Positions 1-9,168 of a stretch of DNA of 37,564 nucleotides are shown in pieces (positions within the stretch are counted from its first letter, which is position 1; each line of letters begins with the position of its first letter). The stretch comes from a virus (lineage: Duplodnaviria > Heunggongvirae > Uroviricota > Caudoviricetes). The stretch lies in IMG/VR virus record IMGVR_UViG_2695420705_000025. The stretch is one strand, 5' to 3'. The notes beneath the pieces were generated by a model, which was not told the origin of the DNA, ran no database searches, and saw only the letters and a list, made by a program, of their open reading frames with translations. Position numbers and translations under genes: made by a program.

Positions 1-228
1 ATGTGTTCCAACGAAAAGGCCCGTGATTGGCATCGTGCGGATGTGATTGCGGGACTTAAGAAAAGAAAGCTCTCTTTATCAGCTCTTTCCCGGCAGTTTG
101 GTTATGCGCCAACTACATTAGCTAATGCGCTAGAACGACACTGGCCAAAGGGTGAGCAGATTATTGCTAACGCCTTAGAAACTAAACCGGAAGTAATCTG
201 GCCTAGCCGATATCAAGCAGGTGAGTAA
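1..228 (+). CDS. ner: Ner DNA-binding transcriptional regulator (negative regulator of early transcription)
   Basis: 75-aa [51 protein letters not shown]..., recognised as Mu Ner; sits immediately upstream of the transposase gene. Confidence 0.95.
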
Positions 229-229
229 C

Positions 230-2221
230 ATGGAACTTTGGGTATCACCGAAAGAGTGTGCGAATCTTCCTGGTTTGCCGAAAACATCGGCTGGTGTGAT
301 TTATGTTGCTAAAAAGCAAGGATGGCAAAACCGCACTAGAGCAGGTGTCAAAGGTGGTAAAGCAATTGAATACAATGCGAACTCTTTACCTGTTGAAGCG
401 AAAGCGGCGTTATTGCTGAGACAAGGAGAGATTGAAACAAGCCTGGGGTATTTTGAAATCGCCCGCCCCACGCTGGAAGCCCATGATTATGATCGTGAGG
501 CACTGTGGAGCAAATGGGATAACGCCAGCGATTCCCAGCGCAGACTTGCTGAAAAATGGTTGCCTGCGGTTCAGGCTGCAGACGAAATGCTGAACCAGGG
601 GATTTCAACGAAAACGGCTTTTGCGACCGTTGCAGGGCATTACCAGGTCAGCGCATCCACTTTGCGGGACAAGTATTACCAGGTACAGAAGTTTGCGAAG
701 CCTGACTGGGCGGCTGCACTTGTTGATGGACGTGGAGCATCCCGTCGCAATGTTCACAAAAGTGAATTTGACGAGGATGCCTGGCAGTTTCTGATTGCAG
801 ATTATCTGCGACCGGAAAAACCCGCTTTCCGCAAATGTTATGAGCGTCTGGAACTGGCAGCCCGCGAGCATGGCTGGAGTATTCCCTCCCGTGCCACGGC
901 CTTTCGCCGGATTCAGCAACTGGACGAGGCAATGGTTGTTGCCTGTCGTGAAGGTGAACATGCACTGATGCATCTGATACCGGCACAGCAGCGAACTGTG
1001 GAACACCTGGACGCCATGCAGTGGATCAACGGCGACGGTTATCTGCATAACGTCTTTGTACGCTGGTTTAACGGTGATGTGATCCGTCCGAAAACATGGT
1101 TCTGGCAGGATGTGAAAACCCGAAAAATTCTGGGCTGGCGCTGCGATGTGAGCGAGAACATTGATTCAATTCGCCTCTCGTTCATGGATGTTGTGACTCG
1201 CTACGGTATCCCGGAGGATTTTCACATCACCATTGATAACACCCGTGGTGCTGCGAATAAATGGCTGACGGGAGGCGCGCCCAATCGCTACCGCTTTAAG
1301 GTAAAAGAGGACGATCCAAAAGGGCTGTTTTTACTGATGGGTGCGAAAATGCACTGGACAAGCGTTGTTGCTGGTAAAGGCTGGGGCCAGGCAAAACCTG
1401 TTGAACGTGCTTTCGGTGTTGGTGGGCTTGAGGAATACGTTGATAAGCATCCGGCACTGGCTGGCGCATATACGGGGCCTAATCCGCAGGCAAAACCTGA
1501 TAACTATGGCGACCGCGCTGTTGATGCAGAGCTGTTTCTGAAAACCCTTGCCGAAGGTGTGGCGATGTTCAATGCCAGAACAGGCCGTGAAACAGAAATG
1601 TGCGGAGGCAAACTTTCGTTTGATGACGTTTTTGAGCGTGAATACGCCAGAACGATTGTGCGTAAGCCTACCGAAGAGCAAAAACGGATGCTGTTACTGC
1701 CTGCCGAGGCGGTGAACGTTTCACGCAAAGGCGAGTTTACGCTTAAAGTTGGCGGCTCCCTTAAAGGCGCGAAAAACGTTTATTACAACATGGCGTTAAT
1801 GAATGCCGGAGTGAAAAAAGTTGTGGTCAGATTTGATCCACAGCAGTTACACAGCACGGTTTATTGCTACACCCTGGACGGTCGGTTTATCTGTGAAGCG
1901 GAATGTCTGGCACCTGTTGCGTTTAATGATGCTGCGGCAGGTCGTGAATATCGCCGCCGCCAGAAACAACTGAAATCTGCGACGAAAGCAGCGATTAAGG
2001 CACAGAAACAAATGGATGCACTGGAAGTGGCAGAGCTGCTGCCGCAGATAGCCGAACCTGAAGCACCAGAATCACGAATTGTCGGCATTTTCCGGCCTTC
2101 CGGTAATACGGAACGAGTGAAGAATCAGGAGCGTGATGATGAATACGAAACTGAGCGTGATGAATATCTGAATCATTCGCTGGATATTCTGGAACAGAAC
2201 AGACGTAAAAAAGCCATTTAA
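230..2221 (+). CDS. A: MuA DDE transposase
   Basis: 663 aa from the ATG at 230 ([32 protein letters not shown]...), 2 nt after the ner stop. The track ORF from 221 adds three residues (MSN) that I consider an upstream extension. Matches MuA by sequence memory. Confidence 0.95.
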
Positions 2222-2259
2222 TTAACGTTTAAACAAAATTTAATTACGAGGTTATTCAG

Positions 2260-3198
2260 ATGAATATTTCCGATATTCGCGCAGGACTGCGCACGCTTGT
2301 AGAAAATGAAGAAACCACCTTTAAACAAATTGCTCTTGAGAGCGGACTTTCTACCGGAACTATCAGTAGTTTTATCAATGATAAGTACAACGGGGATAAC
2401 GAGCGTGTTTCACAAATGCTGCAACGCTGGCTGGAAAAATATCATGCAGTTGCAGAACTACCTGAACCGCCCCGCTTTGTGGAAACGCAGACGGTAAAAC
2501 AAATCTGGACAAGTATGCGTTTTGCCAGCCTGACTGAAAGTATTGCTGTTGTATGTGGCAATCCTGGTGTGGGCAAAACCGAAGCGGCCCGTGAATATCG
2601 CCGCACCAATAACAATGTCTGGATGATCACCATTACGCCATCCTGTGCCAGCGTTCTGGAATGTCTTACTGAACTGGCGTTTGAGCTGGGAATGAATGAC
2701 GCACCACGCCGTAAAGGGCCGCTCTCCCGCGCCCTGCGACGTCGCCTTGAAGGTACACAGGGGCTGGTTATCATCGACGAAGCTGATCATCTTGGTGCCG
2801 AAGTTCTGGAAGAACTCCGCCTGTTACAGGAATCAACCCGTATTGGCCTTGTGCTGATGGGAAATCACCGGGTTTATTCAAATATGACGGGGGGTAACAG
2901 AACGGTTGAATTTGCCCGTCTGTTTTCCCGTATTGCAAAGCGCACTGCAATTAATAAAACCAAAAAAGCCGATGTAAAAGCTATTGCGGATGCCTGGCAG
3001 ATTAACGGCGAAAAAGAACTGGAGTTATTACAGCAGATTGCGCAGAAACCAGGTGCGCTTCGCATTCTGAATCATTCACTTCGCCTTGCAGCCATGACGG
3101 CTCACGGTAAAGGTGAGCGTGTTAACGAAGATTATCTGCGTCAGGCTTTCCGTGAATTAGACCTGGACGTTGATATTTCAACGCTGCTGCGTAATTAA
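2260..3198 (+). CDS. B: MuB ATP-dependent target DNA activator
   Basis: 312 aa with Walker A motif GNPGVGKTE and Walker B-like VIIDEADHL; recognised as MuB; position directly after A. Confidence 0.95.
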   Translation: MNISDIRAGLRTLVENEETTFKQIALESGLSTGTISSFINDKYNGDNERVSQMLQRWLEKYHAVAELPEPPRFVETQTVKQIWTSMRFASLTESIAVVCGNPGVGKTEAAREYRRTNNNVWMITITPSCASVLECLTELAFELGMNDAPRRKGPLSRALRRRLEGTQGLVIIDEADHLGAEVLEELRLLQESTRIGLVLMGNHRVYSNMTGGNRTVEFARLFSRIAKRTAINKTKKADVKAIADAWQINGEKELELLQQIAQKPGALRILNHSLRLAAMTAHGKGERVNEDYLRQAFRELDLDVDISTLLRN

Positions 3199-3213
3199 GA
3201 AGGAGAAGAAATT

Positions 3214-3441
3214 ATGATGGCCCGAAATATAAAAATGGCAACGGATGCGCAGAACTGGTTACAGGCGCGCGGGAGTCATGTAAATGAATCATATCTCGGC
3301 GTGGCGCGTCCGATTCTTGAAATCACTTACCCACCGGTGGAACTGGTAAAAAACGCGGTCAGAATTATGGAGCATAAATCCGGAGTTGCCCGTTCTGTAT
3401 GGACGGCCCGTCTTAATGGTTGCCAGATTATCTGGAGATAA
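3214..3441 (+). CDS. kil: Kil host-killing protein (small early protein)
   Basis: 75-aa ORF immediately downstream of B, the position of Mu kil; GAAGGAGAAG Shine-Dalgarno upstream. Confidence 0.7.
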
Positions 3442-3443
3442 CG

Positions 3444-3674
3444 ATGTGTATTAAAGCTGAAAAATATATTGAATGGGTTAAACACTGTCAGTGCCACGGG
3501 GTGCCGCTGACGACATATAAATGCCCCGGATGTGGTGAACAGATTATGACGCAATGCTCACCCGAAAAGGAAATTCGGGATTCCATGACATGTTGTCCGT
3601 GGTGCAGCGCAGTTTTCTTTAAACAGGTAAAAGGCGCGAAGGTAAAAGCCAGCGCGGTTATTCAGAATCAATAA
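3444..3674 (+). CDS. Small Cys-rich Zn-ribbon protein, early accessory region, function unknown
   Basis: Start chosen at the ATG at 3444 with a GGAGAT SD 5-6 nt upstream (the track ORF starts at 3420 and overlaps kil). Contains HCQCH, CPGC and CCPWC cysteine clusters. Confidence 0.6.
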   Translation: MCIKAEKYIEWVKHCQCHGVPLTTYKCPGCGEQIMTQCSPEKEIRDSMTCCPWCSAVFFKQVKGAKVKASAVIQNQ

Positions 3675-3685
3675 GGTGAAACAAA

Positions 3686-3949
3686 ATGGCAAAAGTAATT
3701 ATTGAAATTAAAAATACAGTATCTGGAATTAAAGGACGGAATTTGCGCACCAGCATTGCGGTGGACGGTAGTGCGGAACTGGACGGTGATGAGGGTACAC
3801 TTGCTGGCATGGTGGCGTTACTGGTGCTTAATAAAAGCCAGAAAGTAATTAATGAGTCAGCCCATGAAGCTATTGAGATTTTGAAAAACGATGGTGTCAT
3901 CACCGGTGGCCGTGTCACTGAAATGGCTGTTGAAAAAACATGCCACTGA
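3686..3949 (+). CDS. Hypothetical early protein (87 aa)
   Basis: ORF with AAGGTGA SD; colinear with the early operon. Confidence 0.55.
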   Translation: MAKVIIEIKNTVSGIKGRNLRTSIAVDGSAELDGDEGTLAGMVALLVLNKSQKVINESAHEAIEILKNDGVITGGRVTEMAVEKTCH

Positions 3950-3963
3950 AAGGAACGCTGACA

Positions 3964-4383
3964 ATGAACGTCAAAATCCGAAATGAAATTCAGGCATTAA
4001 TCCGAATTCAGGAACGCAATAACAACGGTGGTGAATTACGCGAGTTTATTTGCGCCCGGAAAGTTGATGGTTATGGTGAAAAGACTTACCTAATTACTTT
4101 CGACCATTACAGCATCTGTGCGCGTTATTGTGGCGAAAGCATATCCCGCGCCATTGCGTCTGGCGATGCGTTTAACGTGGATTTATGGGAGTACGTCATG
4201 GACCGTGAATACATCTGTGTATCAGACCCGAAAGCCCGTGATATGTGGCAGCGTATCTGGCGCGATTACCGGTTAATGGCAAAAGGCTGGGCGCGCTGCT
4301 GTTATTCCTCGCTTGCCCTGAAAGCAGTTCAGTTATCGCTGCGGCATATTCCGGCATCACTGCGCGAGCCTCTGTTGTACTGA
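3964..4383 (+). CDS. Hypothetical early protein (about 139 aa)
   Basis: Track ORF 3940-4383; internal ATG at 3964 is preceded by an AAAGGAA SD and is preferred as start. Confidence 0.55.
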   Translation: MNVKIRNEIQALIRIQERNNNGGELREFICARKVDGYGEKTYLITFDHYSICARYCGESISRAIASGDAFNVDLWEYVMDREYICVSDPKARDMWQRIWRDYRLMAKGWARCCYSSLALKAVQLSLRHIPASLREPLLY

Positions 4384-4683
4384 ATGGTGGCTGACATGAA
4401 GTGTAATCGTAAGCGCTGGTCACGCGAAGACCGGGAATTTATCGAAGCCAACGTCGGGAAAATGACCGTTGAAGAAATGGCGGAAAAACTGAAAGTCGCC
4501 ACAACCGCCCTCCGGGCACATGCCAGAAGGCACGGAATATCATTGTGTATATACCGAATCAGTGAGCACGACAAATATTTGTGTCGTGAACTTTATAAAG
4601 AAGGGCTGGATATTCATGTCATTGCCCGAAAGATGGAATTAAGCAATCGTGCTGTATCCAGCATTGTATACAGCGGATATTAA
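4384..4683 (+). CDS. Hypothetical early protein with two helix-turn-helix-like segments
   Basis: 99-aa ORF (alternative start at 4399, MKCNRKRW). Predicted helical DNA-binding-like segments by eye; not verified. Confidence 0.5.
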   Translation: MVADMKCNRKRWSREDREFIEANVGKMTVEEMAEKLKVATTALRAHARRHGISLCIYRISEHDKYLCRELYKEGLDIHVIARKMELSNRAVSSIVYSGY

Positions 4684-4702
4684 TTAACAGGAGCTTTAAT
4701 TT

Positions 4703-5227
4703 ATGGCTAAACCAGCAAAACGCATCAAAAGTGCCGCAGCGGCTTATGTGCCACAAAACCGCGATGCGGTGATTACCGATATTAAACGCATCGGGGATTT
4801 ACAGCGCGAAGCATCACGTCTGGAAACGGAAATGAATGATGCCATCGCGGAAATTACGGAGAAATTTGCGGCCCGGATTGCACCGATTAAAACCGATATT
4901 GAAACCCTTTCAAAAGGCGTTCAGGGATGGTGTGAAGCGAACCGCGACGAACTGACGAACGGCGGCAAAGTGAAGACGGCAAATCTTGTCACCGGCGATG
5001 TGTCATGGCGTCAACGCCCGCCATCAGTGAGTATTCGCGGCGTGGATGCCGTAATGGAAACGCTGGAGCGTCTTGGCCTGCAACGCTTTATTCGCACGAA
5101 GCAGGAAATCAACAAGGAGGCGATTTTACTGGAACCAAAAGCCGTCGCAGGTGTTGCCGGAATTACGGTTAAATCGGGAATTGAAGATTTTTCCATTATT
5201 CCGTTTGAACAGGAAGCAGGTATTTAA
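4703..5227 (+). CDS. gam: Gam host-nuclease inhibitor, Ku-like DNA-end binding protein
   Basis: 174 aa, MAKPAKRIKSAAAAYVPQNRDAVITDIKRIGDLQREASRLETEMNDAIAEI..., recognised as Mu Gam; AGGAG SD upstream. Confidence 0.92.
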   Translation: MAKPAKRIKSAAAAYVPQNRDAVITDIKRIGDLQREASRLETEMNDAIAEITEKFAARIAPIKTDIETLSKGVQGWCEANRDELTNGGKVKTANLVTGDVSWRQRPPSVSIRGVDAVMETLERLGLQRFIRTKQEINKEAILLEPKAVAGVAGITVKSGIEDFSIIPFEQEAGI

Positions 5228-5325
5228 TACCACCATTAATATTTAATTAATTCACATTCTTTTAATTATGGCGCGATGCGTCAGGGGATTGCTCGCGCCT
5301 GAAACAGATTACTGAGGAATAAAAC

Positions 5326-5856
5326 ATGGTTGATGCAAAAATTCTGAATGGTGTCAGCACATTATTACGGGCTTACGGACGCCTGACCTGCGGGGTTCTG
5401 GCTGAAAAAATGCAGATGCCATCCTCCGCAATGGTGTACTTCCTGCGTGATGCGGTTGATGCCGGAATGCTGACTGAACTTAATGGTTTTTACGACGTAC
5501 CGCGTCCCCGTACAGAGCAGCCTGTAAGACGAAACGCAACTGAGCAGTCTGCTGTTGATGATGCCGCGTGGTGTTCCTTCCGCCGCCCATTGCCCTGGCT
5601 GGAAGGCAATGCCATTCCGGCACTGGCAAAAGAATTTGCAACAGGCGTGCTGACCTGTGAATCCGTTCACATCGTTGCAGAAGTGGACAACAGAATGTGC
5701 GAACAGGGAATGCCCCGTTTTGTGATGGCTTATATCGATATCCGGCTGGGGCGTTTTATTTGCAGTTCCAGCGCCTGGAATATCACCGACCATGTACTGC
5801 GTTATCTCATTCTTGATTGTTCTCCGGCTCCCGCAGCGGTGCAGGAGGTGGCGTGA
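5326..5856 (+). CDS. Hypothetical early protein (176 aa)
   Basis: ORF with GAGGAA SD; lies in the gam-to-gemA semi-essential block. Confidence 0.6.
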   Translation: MVDAKILNGVSTLLRAYGRLTCGVLAEKMQMPSSAMVYFLRDAVDAGMLTELNGFYDVPRPRTEQPVRRNATEQSAVDDAAWCSFRRPLPWLEGNAIPALAKEFATGVLTCESVHIVAEVDNRMCEQGMPRFVMAYIDIRLGRFICSSSAWNITDHVLRYLILDCSPAPAAVQEVA

Positions 5857-6386
5857 TGTTTTTTAAAACGTCAAATCCCACAGCACTGCTGGCATGGGAC
5901 CAGTTTATGGCGGACTGCCTGAAACTACGCGAAGAAGCCCGCCATCTTGATAAGGTTCTGGACTGTGGTTGCCGGTCAGTATTCAGTACAGGTATTGGTG
6001 GGCGTCATTTTCATGGTGTGAATTTTCCGGGGAATGAGCGCCCCTTCTCGCGGGAGCTGTGGACCGTACAACGGCCCGCATCAGGTAACAGTTGCAGGCC
6101 CAGAACTTCGTGGATACCTGCTCATCTCAGGGGGCAGGCAAGAGAGCTGGCGAAAATATGGCAGGAGAATATTCCGGTCACTTACGCCCGCACAGACGCT
6201 CTTTTACCCGCACTGGGACTGGATTTCAGCGCAACAATATTCGGGCCGCTCCAGTGGTTCCGTGTTGGTGATGTGATTTACGTCATGACGGGGATGACAC
6301 CCGCGCAAGGCCGCATGACTGAAATCCTTTCTGACGAATTTATCCGGGCGCAAAAACAGGCGGAGGTAACTAATGGAAAACAGTGA
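5856..6386 (+). CDS. Hypothetical early protein (about 176 aa)
   Basis: Start taken at the ATG at 5856 (MFFKTSNPTALLAW...), overlapping the upstream stop as GTGATG and preceded by an AGGAGG SD; the track ORF begins at 5817. Confidence 0.55.
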   Translation: MFFKTSNPTALLAWDQFMADCLKLREEARHLDKVLDCGCRSVFSTGIGGRHFHGVNFPGNERPFSRELWTVQRPASGNSCRPRTSWIPAHLRGQARELAKIWQENIPVTYARTDALLPALGLDFSATIFGPLQWFRVGDVIYVMTGMTPAQGRMTEILSDEFIRAQKQAEVTNGKQ

Positions 6387-6555
6387 AACATCGTATTCGT
6401 GGCTGGGGAAATTTACCACGGTGAAACAGGAATGCCCGACCTGCGGTAATGAATCCCCTGAATATCTGAAAGAGTGCCCTCATTGTGGCGGGCAGAAATG
6501 CAACCACTGTGATATGGGCGATGACACGGCGTGCATGAATTGTGAAGGTGAGTGA
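6373..6555 (+). CDS. Small Zn-ribbon protein (four CxxC motifs)
   Basis: 60 aa with CPTC, CPHC, CNHC and CMNC; GGAGGT SD upstream. Confidence 0.6.
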   Translation: MENSETSYSWLGKFTTVKQECPTCGNESPEYLKECPHCGGQKCNHCDMGDDTACMNCEGE

Positions 6556-6556
6556 T

Positions 6557-6865
6557 ATGAATAATGGTGTATTTTCAAAATCAGAAGAGCTTGCCGCCCT
6601 GCTGATTGCCGGTGGTTTGCCGAAAAAAGAAGTGCATGACTTTGTGAATTTTGTATATGAGACGTCTCATGAAAAAGCTATTGATGAGGTCATGGCGTAC
6701 CGGTTTGGCATTATTGCTGAGTCACTGAGTCCTCACTGGATTATTGAAAATCTCCGCGCTATTGCTGATGGCAACGATAAATCAGCAGCCGTTGCTGCAC
6801 TGGATGTGTTACGGCAAATGAGTCTGAAATTTTATCCTGAATTTATTCTGAGGGCCGCAAAATGA
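6557..6865 (+). CDS. Hypothetical early protein (about 102 aa)
   Basis: ATG at 6557 preceded by a GAAGGTGAG SD; the track ORF starts at 6542. Confidence 0.55.
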   Translation: MNNGVFSKSEELAALLIAGGLPKKEVHDFVNFVYETSHEKAIDEVMAYRFGIIAESLSPHWIIENLRAIADGNDKSAAVAALDVLRQMSLKFYPEFILRAAK

Positions 6866-7164
6866 ACAATGAAGATAAATTTACTCCCCTTAATATTGAT
6901 AACGTCATGGCTGAAAAAGGGATGCTGGAACGTGTTCGCGCTATCGTTGAATATGGTATTAAGCATAATCTCACCGCCAGAGAAGTCCGTGACATTATCA
7001 ACCGCGAAATGAATCGTCTGGAAACAGTAGTGGCACTGCAAAATGAAACAGCCCGCGAGGAGTACATCCGCCGCAGGCTGGGGTTATCAGACCAGGATAT
7101 TGTTACTGACGCTCATGTGTTTGAGGCTTTTGAGATCCGTCAGCATCTGGGTCTAACGAACTGA
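6862..7164 (+). CDS. Hypothetical early protein (100 aa)
   Basis: ORF overlapping the upstream stop (ATGA); last + strand ORF before the gemA upstream gap. Confidence 0.5.
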   Translation: MNNEDKFTPLNIDNVMAEKGMLERVRAIVEYGIKHNLTAREVRDIINREMNRLETVVALQNETAREEYIRRRLGLSDQDIVTDAHVFEAFEIRQHLGLTN

Positions 7165-7369
7165 TAATGTCTTCCATGATCTTTGACAGTTGCATGTTTT
7201 CGCGGCGGCTTGTTCTTATTGCAGGCGCATCTTTTAAAATCTCTGCTGAAGAGCTGAAAATGGCCTGGCCCTCTTCTGCGGTGATGATCGCCTTCTTCAC
7301 CAGAAGGCGCACCAGTGCTGATGCAATCGCATAACCTGCAACATCATAAGGTTGTACATTATTTTCCAT
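7103..7369 (-). CDS. Candidate minus-strand small protein (88 aa), function unknown
   Basis: The only sizeable minus-strand ORF in the otherwise unidirectional early region. It covers most of a 274-bp stretch (7165-7438) with no + strand ORF of 60 aa or more, and has a GAGAGGA SD 4 nt upstream of its ATG. Its 3' end overlaps the 6862-7164 ORF by 62 nt. Confidence 0.35.
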   Translation of the reverse strand: MENNVQPYDVAGYAIASALVRLLVKKAIITAEEGQAIFSSSAEILKDAPAIRTSRRENMQLSKIMEDIISSLDPDADGSQKPQTHERQ

Positions 7370-7399
7370 AAAATCCTCTCTGATTGATGTGTAAATTCA

Positions 7400-7426
7400 G
7401 GCGGTGTTGCAGCACCGCCTCTTTCC
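7400..7426 (+). promoter_or_regulatory. GC hairpin just upstream of the gemA RBS (possible attenuator)
   Basis: GGCGGTG-TTGCAG-CACCGCC stem-loop followed by TCTTTCC, directly 5' of the GGAGG SD of gemA. Confidence 0.3.
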
Positions 7427-7438
7427 GGAGGTACGATC

Positions 7439-7990
7439 ATGAATCGCACATCCCTGATTAAATTAATCCATGTCGCCCGTCGGGAGCTACAACTCGACGA
7501 CGACACTTACCGAGCTTTTCTGATGCAGAAAACGGGCAAAATCAGTTGCCGCGAGCTGACGGTTACGCAACTGGAACAGGTGCTCGATGCCATGAAAGAA
7601 CGCGGCTTTAAGAAGCTGAATAAACATCCACGTCGCCGCTTTAAGGGGCATGTCACGCCCCGCGAGAAGGTATACAAAGTCTGGCAGCAGATGGCAGAAG
7701 ACGGTTTTATTACCGATGGCGGTGATGTGGCGCTGGATAAATATGTTCAGCGCCTGACGGCGAAACGTAATGGCGGACAGGGTGTTTCCACGCTGGCGTG
7801 GTGTCATGGCGACACCCTGTTGATTGTTCTCGAAACTCTCAAGCAGTGGCATATCCGCTGTATTCGTGAAGCCTTTTCCCGTCACGGGCTTCCGTTGCCA
7901 GTCAGTCCGTCCGGGCGTGAACTGCGCGGCTATGATGCCATGACGGCGGCTTATGCCCATGCCAGAAAGACACGGAGGATGGCACAATGA
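7439..7990 (+). CDS. gemA: GemA (host gene expression modulation protein)
   Basis: 183 aa, MNRTSLIKLIHVARRELQLDDDTYRAFLMQKTGK..., recognised as Mu GemA; immediately precedes mor. Confidence 0.85.
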   Translation: MNRTSLIKLIHVARRELQLDDDTYRAFLMQKTGKISCRELTVTQLEQVLDAMKERGFKKLNKHPRRRFKGHVTPREKVYKVWQQMAEDGFITDGGDVALDKYVQRLTAKRNGGQGVSTLAWCHGDTLLIVLETLKQWHIRCIREAFSRHGLPLPVSPSGRELRGYDAMTAAYAHARKTRRMAQ

Positions 7991-8376
7991 CGGAAGATTT
8001 ATTTGGTGATTTGCAGGATGACACCATCCTGGCACATCTTGACAATCCCGCAGAGGATACGTCACGCTTTCCGGCACTGCTGGCGGAGCTGAACGATTTA
8101 CTGCGCGGGGAATTGTCCCGGCTGGGTGTTGATCCTGCCCATTCACTGGAGATTGTTGTGGCTATCTGTAAGCATCTGGGCGGCGGTCAGGTCTACATTC
8201 CACGCGGTCAGGTTCTGGACTCGCTGATTCGGGATTTGCGTATCTGGAATGATTTTAACGGTCGCAACGTCAGCGAACTGACCACCCGTTATGGTGTCAC
8301 TTTCAATACGGTTTACAAGGCCATTCGCCGGATGCGACGGCTGAAATACCGCCAGTACCAGCCCTCACTTCTGTAA
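7987..8376 (+). CDS. mor: Mor, middle operon regulator (activator of Pm)
   Basis: 129 aa recognised as Mu Mor; clearly paralogous to the C protein ORF downstream (shared IPRGQ/IPCGD and RQ-R-L motifs). Confidence 0.9.
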   Translation: MTEDLFGDLQDDTILAHLDNPAEDTSRFPALLAELNDLLRGELSRLGVDPAHSLEIVVAICKHLGGGQVYIPRGQVLDSLIRDLRIWNDFNGRNVSELTTRYGVTFNTVYKAIRRMRRLKYRQYQPSLL

Positions 8377-8383
8377 ACAGTAA

Positions 8384-8407
8384 AGCCGGTTAATCCGGCT
8401 TTTTTTA
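8384..8407 (+). terminator. Rho-independent terminator after mor (end of early transcript)
   Basis: AGCCGG-TTAAT-CCGGCT hairpin followed by TTTTTTT, 8 nt after the mor stop. Confidence 0.8.
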
Positions 8408-8453
8408 CGTCCTCAATATCCTGTGATGAATAACCGTACCGGGGGAAATCATC

Positions 8454-8672
8454 ATGGGTAAAGGCTGGAATGCATCCTTTCATCTTGGCAGACGTGAGCG
8501 GCTGCGTCAGGAGGTTTTGCACCGTGTCGCCGGTGGGCCACGGCCTGCGCCCCGCGACTATACCGGTCATGATGGCACCCACGGCAGTTATTACATGAAA
8601 GGCTGGCAGTCAGTTGATATGCCGGAAATTCTTCATCATTGCCTGCTTTACAGGGAGAAACATTATGTCTGA
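8454..8672 (+). CDS. Hypothetical middle-region protein (72 aa)
   Basis: ORF with GGGGGA SD, first ORF after the early terminator. Confidence 0.5.
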   Translation: MGKGWNASFHLGRRERLRQEVLHRVAGGPRPAPRDYTGHDGTHGSYYMKGWQSVDMPEILHHCLLYREKHYV

Positions 8673-9027
8673 GCGTTCTGCTCGTCAGTGGCCTGATTTT
8701 TTATCGGTGGTATTACTGGCGCTGTTATTGTGGATAAGTCTGTTTTGTGGCTGGCGCGCGCTGATGTTTTGCTGTGCCTCGGTTTTCAGTGTTGCTTTAT
8801 GTGTTGCCGCTGATTGTCTGGATGCGCTGATAATGAGCTGCCGGGTGCCTGAACATTTTGCCCGGTTCGTCTGGCCTCTGACCTGGCTGGGGAGTCTGTC
8901 CGGGCTGGGATTAGCCGTGATGGCAACGTCTCAACTGAAAACGGGTCCTGAGCATGTCATCTGGGCGCTGGCCGGATTGCTGACGTTCTGGCTCTCCTTT
9001 CGTTTTCGCGCTCGTCTGTTCGGGTAA
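8665..9027 (+). CDS. Small multi-pass membrane protein (about 120 aa), candidate holin-like lysis factor
   Basis: Start taken at the ATG at 8665 (GGGAGA SD); the track ORF begins at 8614. Sequence has several long hydrophobic stretches (LSVVLLALLLWISLFCGW, VFSVALCVAADCL, GLGLAVMATS, VIWALAGLLTFWLSF). Lies upstream of C and lys where Mu membrane-protein genes sit. Confidence 0.55.
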   Translation: MSERSARQWPDFLSVVLLALLLWISLFCGWRALMFCCASVFSVALCVAADCLDALIMSCRVPEHFARFVWPLTWLGSLSGLGLAVMATSQLKTGPEHVIWALAGLLTFWLSFRFRARLFG

Positions 9028-9036
9028 AGGGGCACC

Positions 9037-9156
9037 ATGTACAGAAAATTCAGTGATGAATGTTTCGGGCCGTCCACGCTGATGAGTGCGATAAAAGTGA
9101 TTGCCCTTGTGGTTCTGATAACCATCAGTGCCGTGGTGTATCTTTCTGTCTGTTAA
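9037..9156 (+). CDS. Very small membrane protein (39 aa)
   Basis: ATG with AAAGGGG SD; single hydrophobic helix (VIALVVLITISAVVYL). Below the length cut-off of the ORF track, so weakly supported. Confidence 0.35.
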   Translation: MYRKFSDECFGPSTLMSAIKVIALVVLITISAVVYLSVC

Positions 9157-9168
9157 CCGGGGGAAAAT

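Noticed and set aside
221-229. MSN extension at the start of the transposase ORF
   Set aside because: The ATG at 230 gives the recognised MuA N-terminus (MELWVSPKE...); the upstream ATG overlaps the ner stop.
6034-6276. 80-aa + strand ORF in an alternative frame
   Set aside because: Fully nested inside the 5856-6386 ORF in a different frame, with no independent start signal.
7487-8146. 219-aa minus-strand ORF
   Set aside because: Antisense to gemA and mor, both recognised by sequence; a shadow frame.
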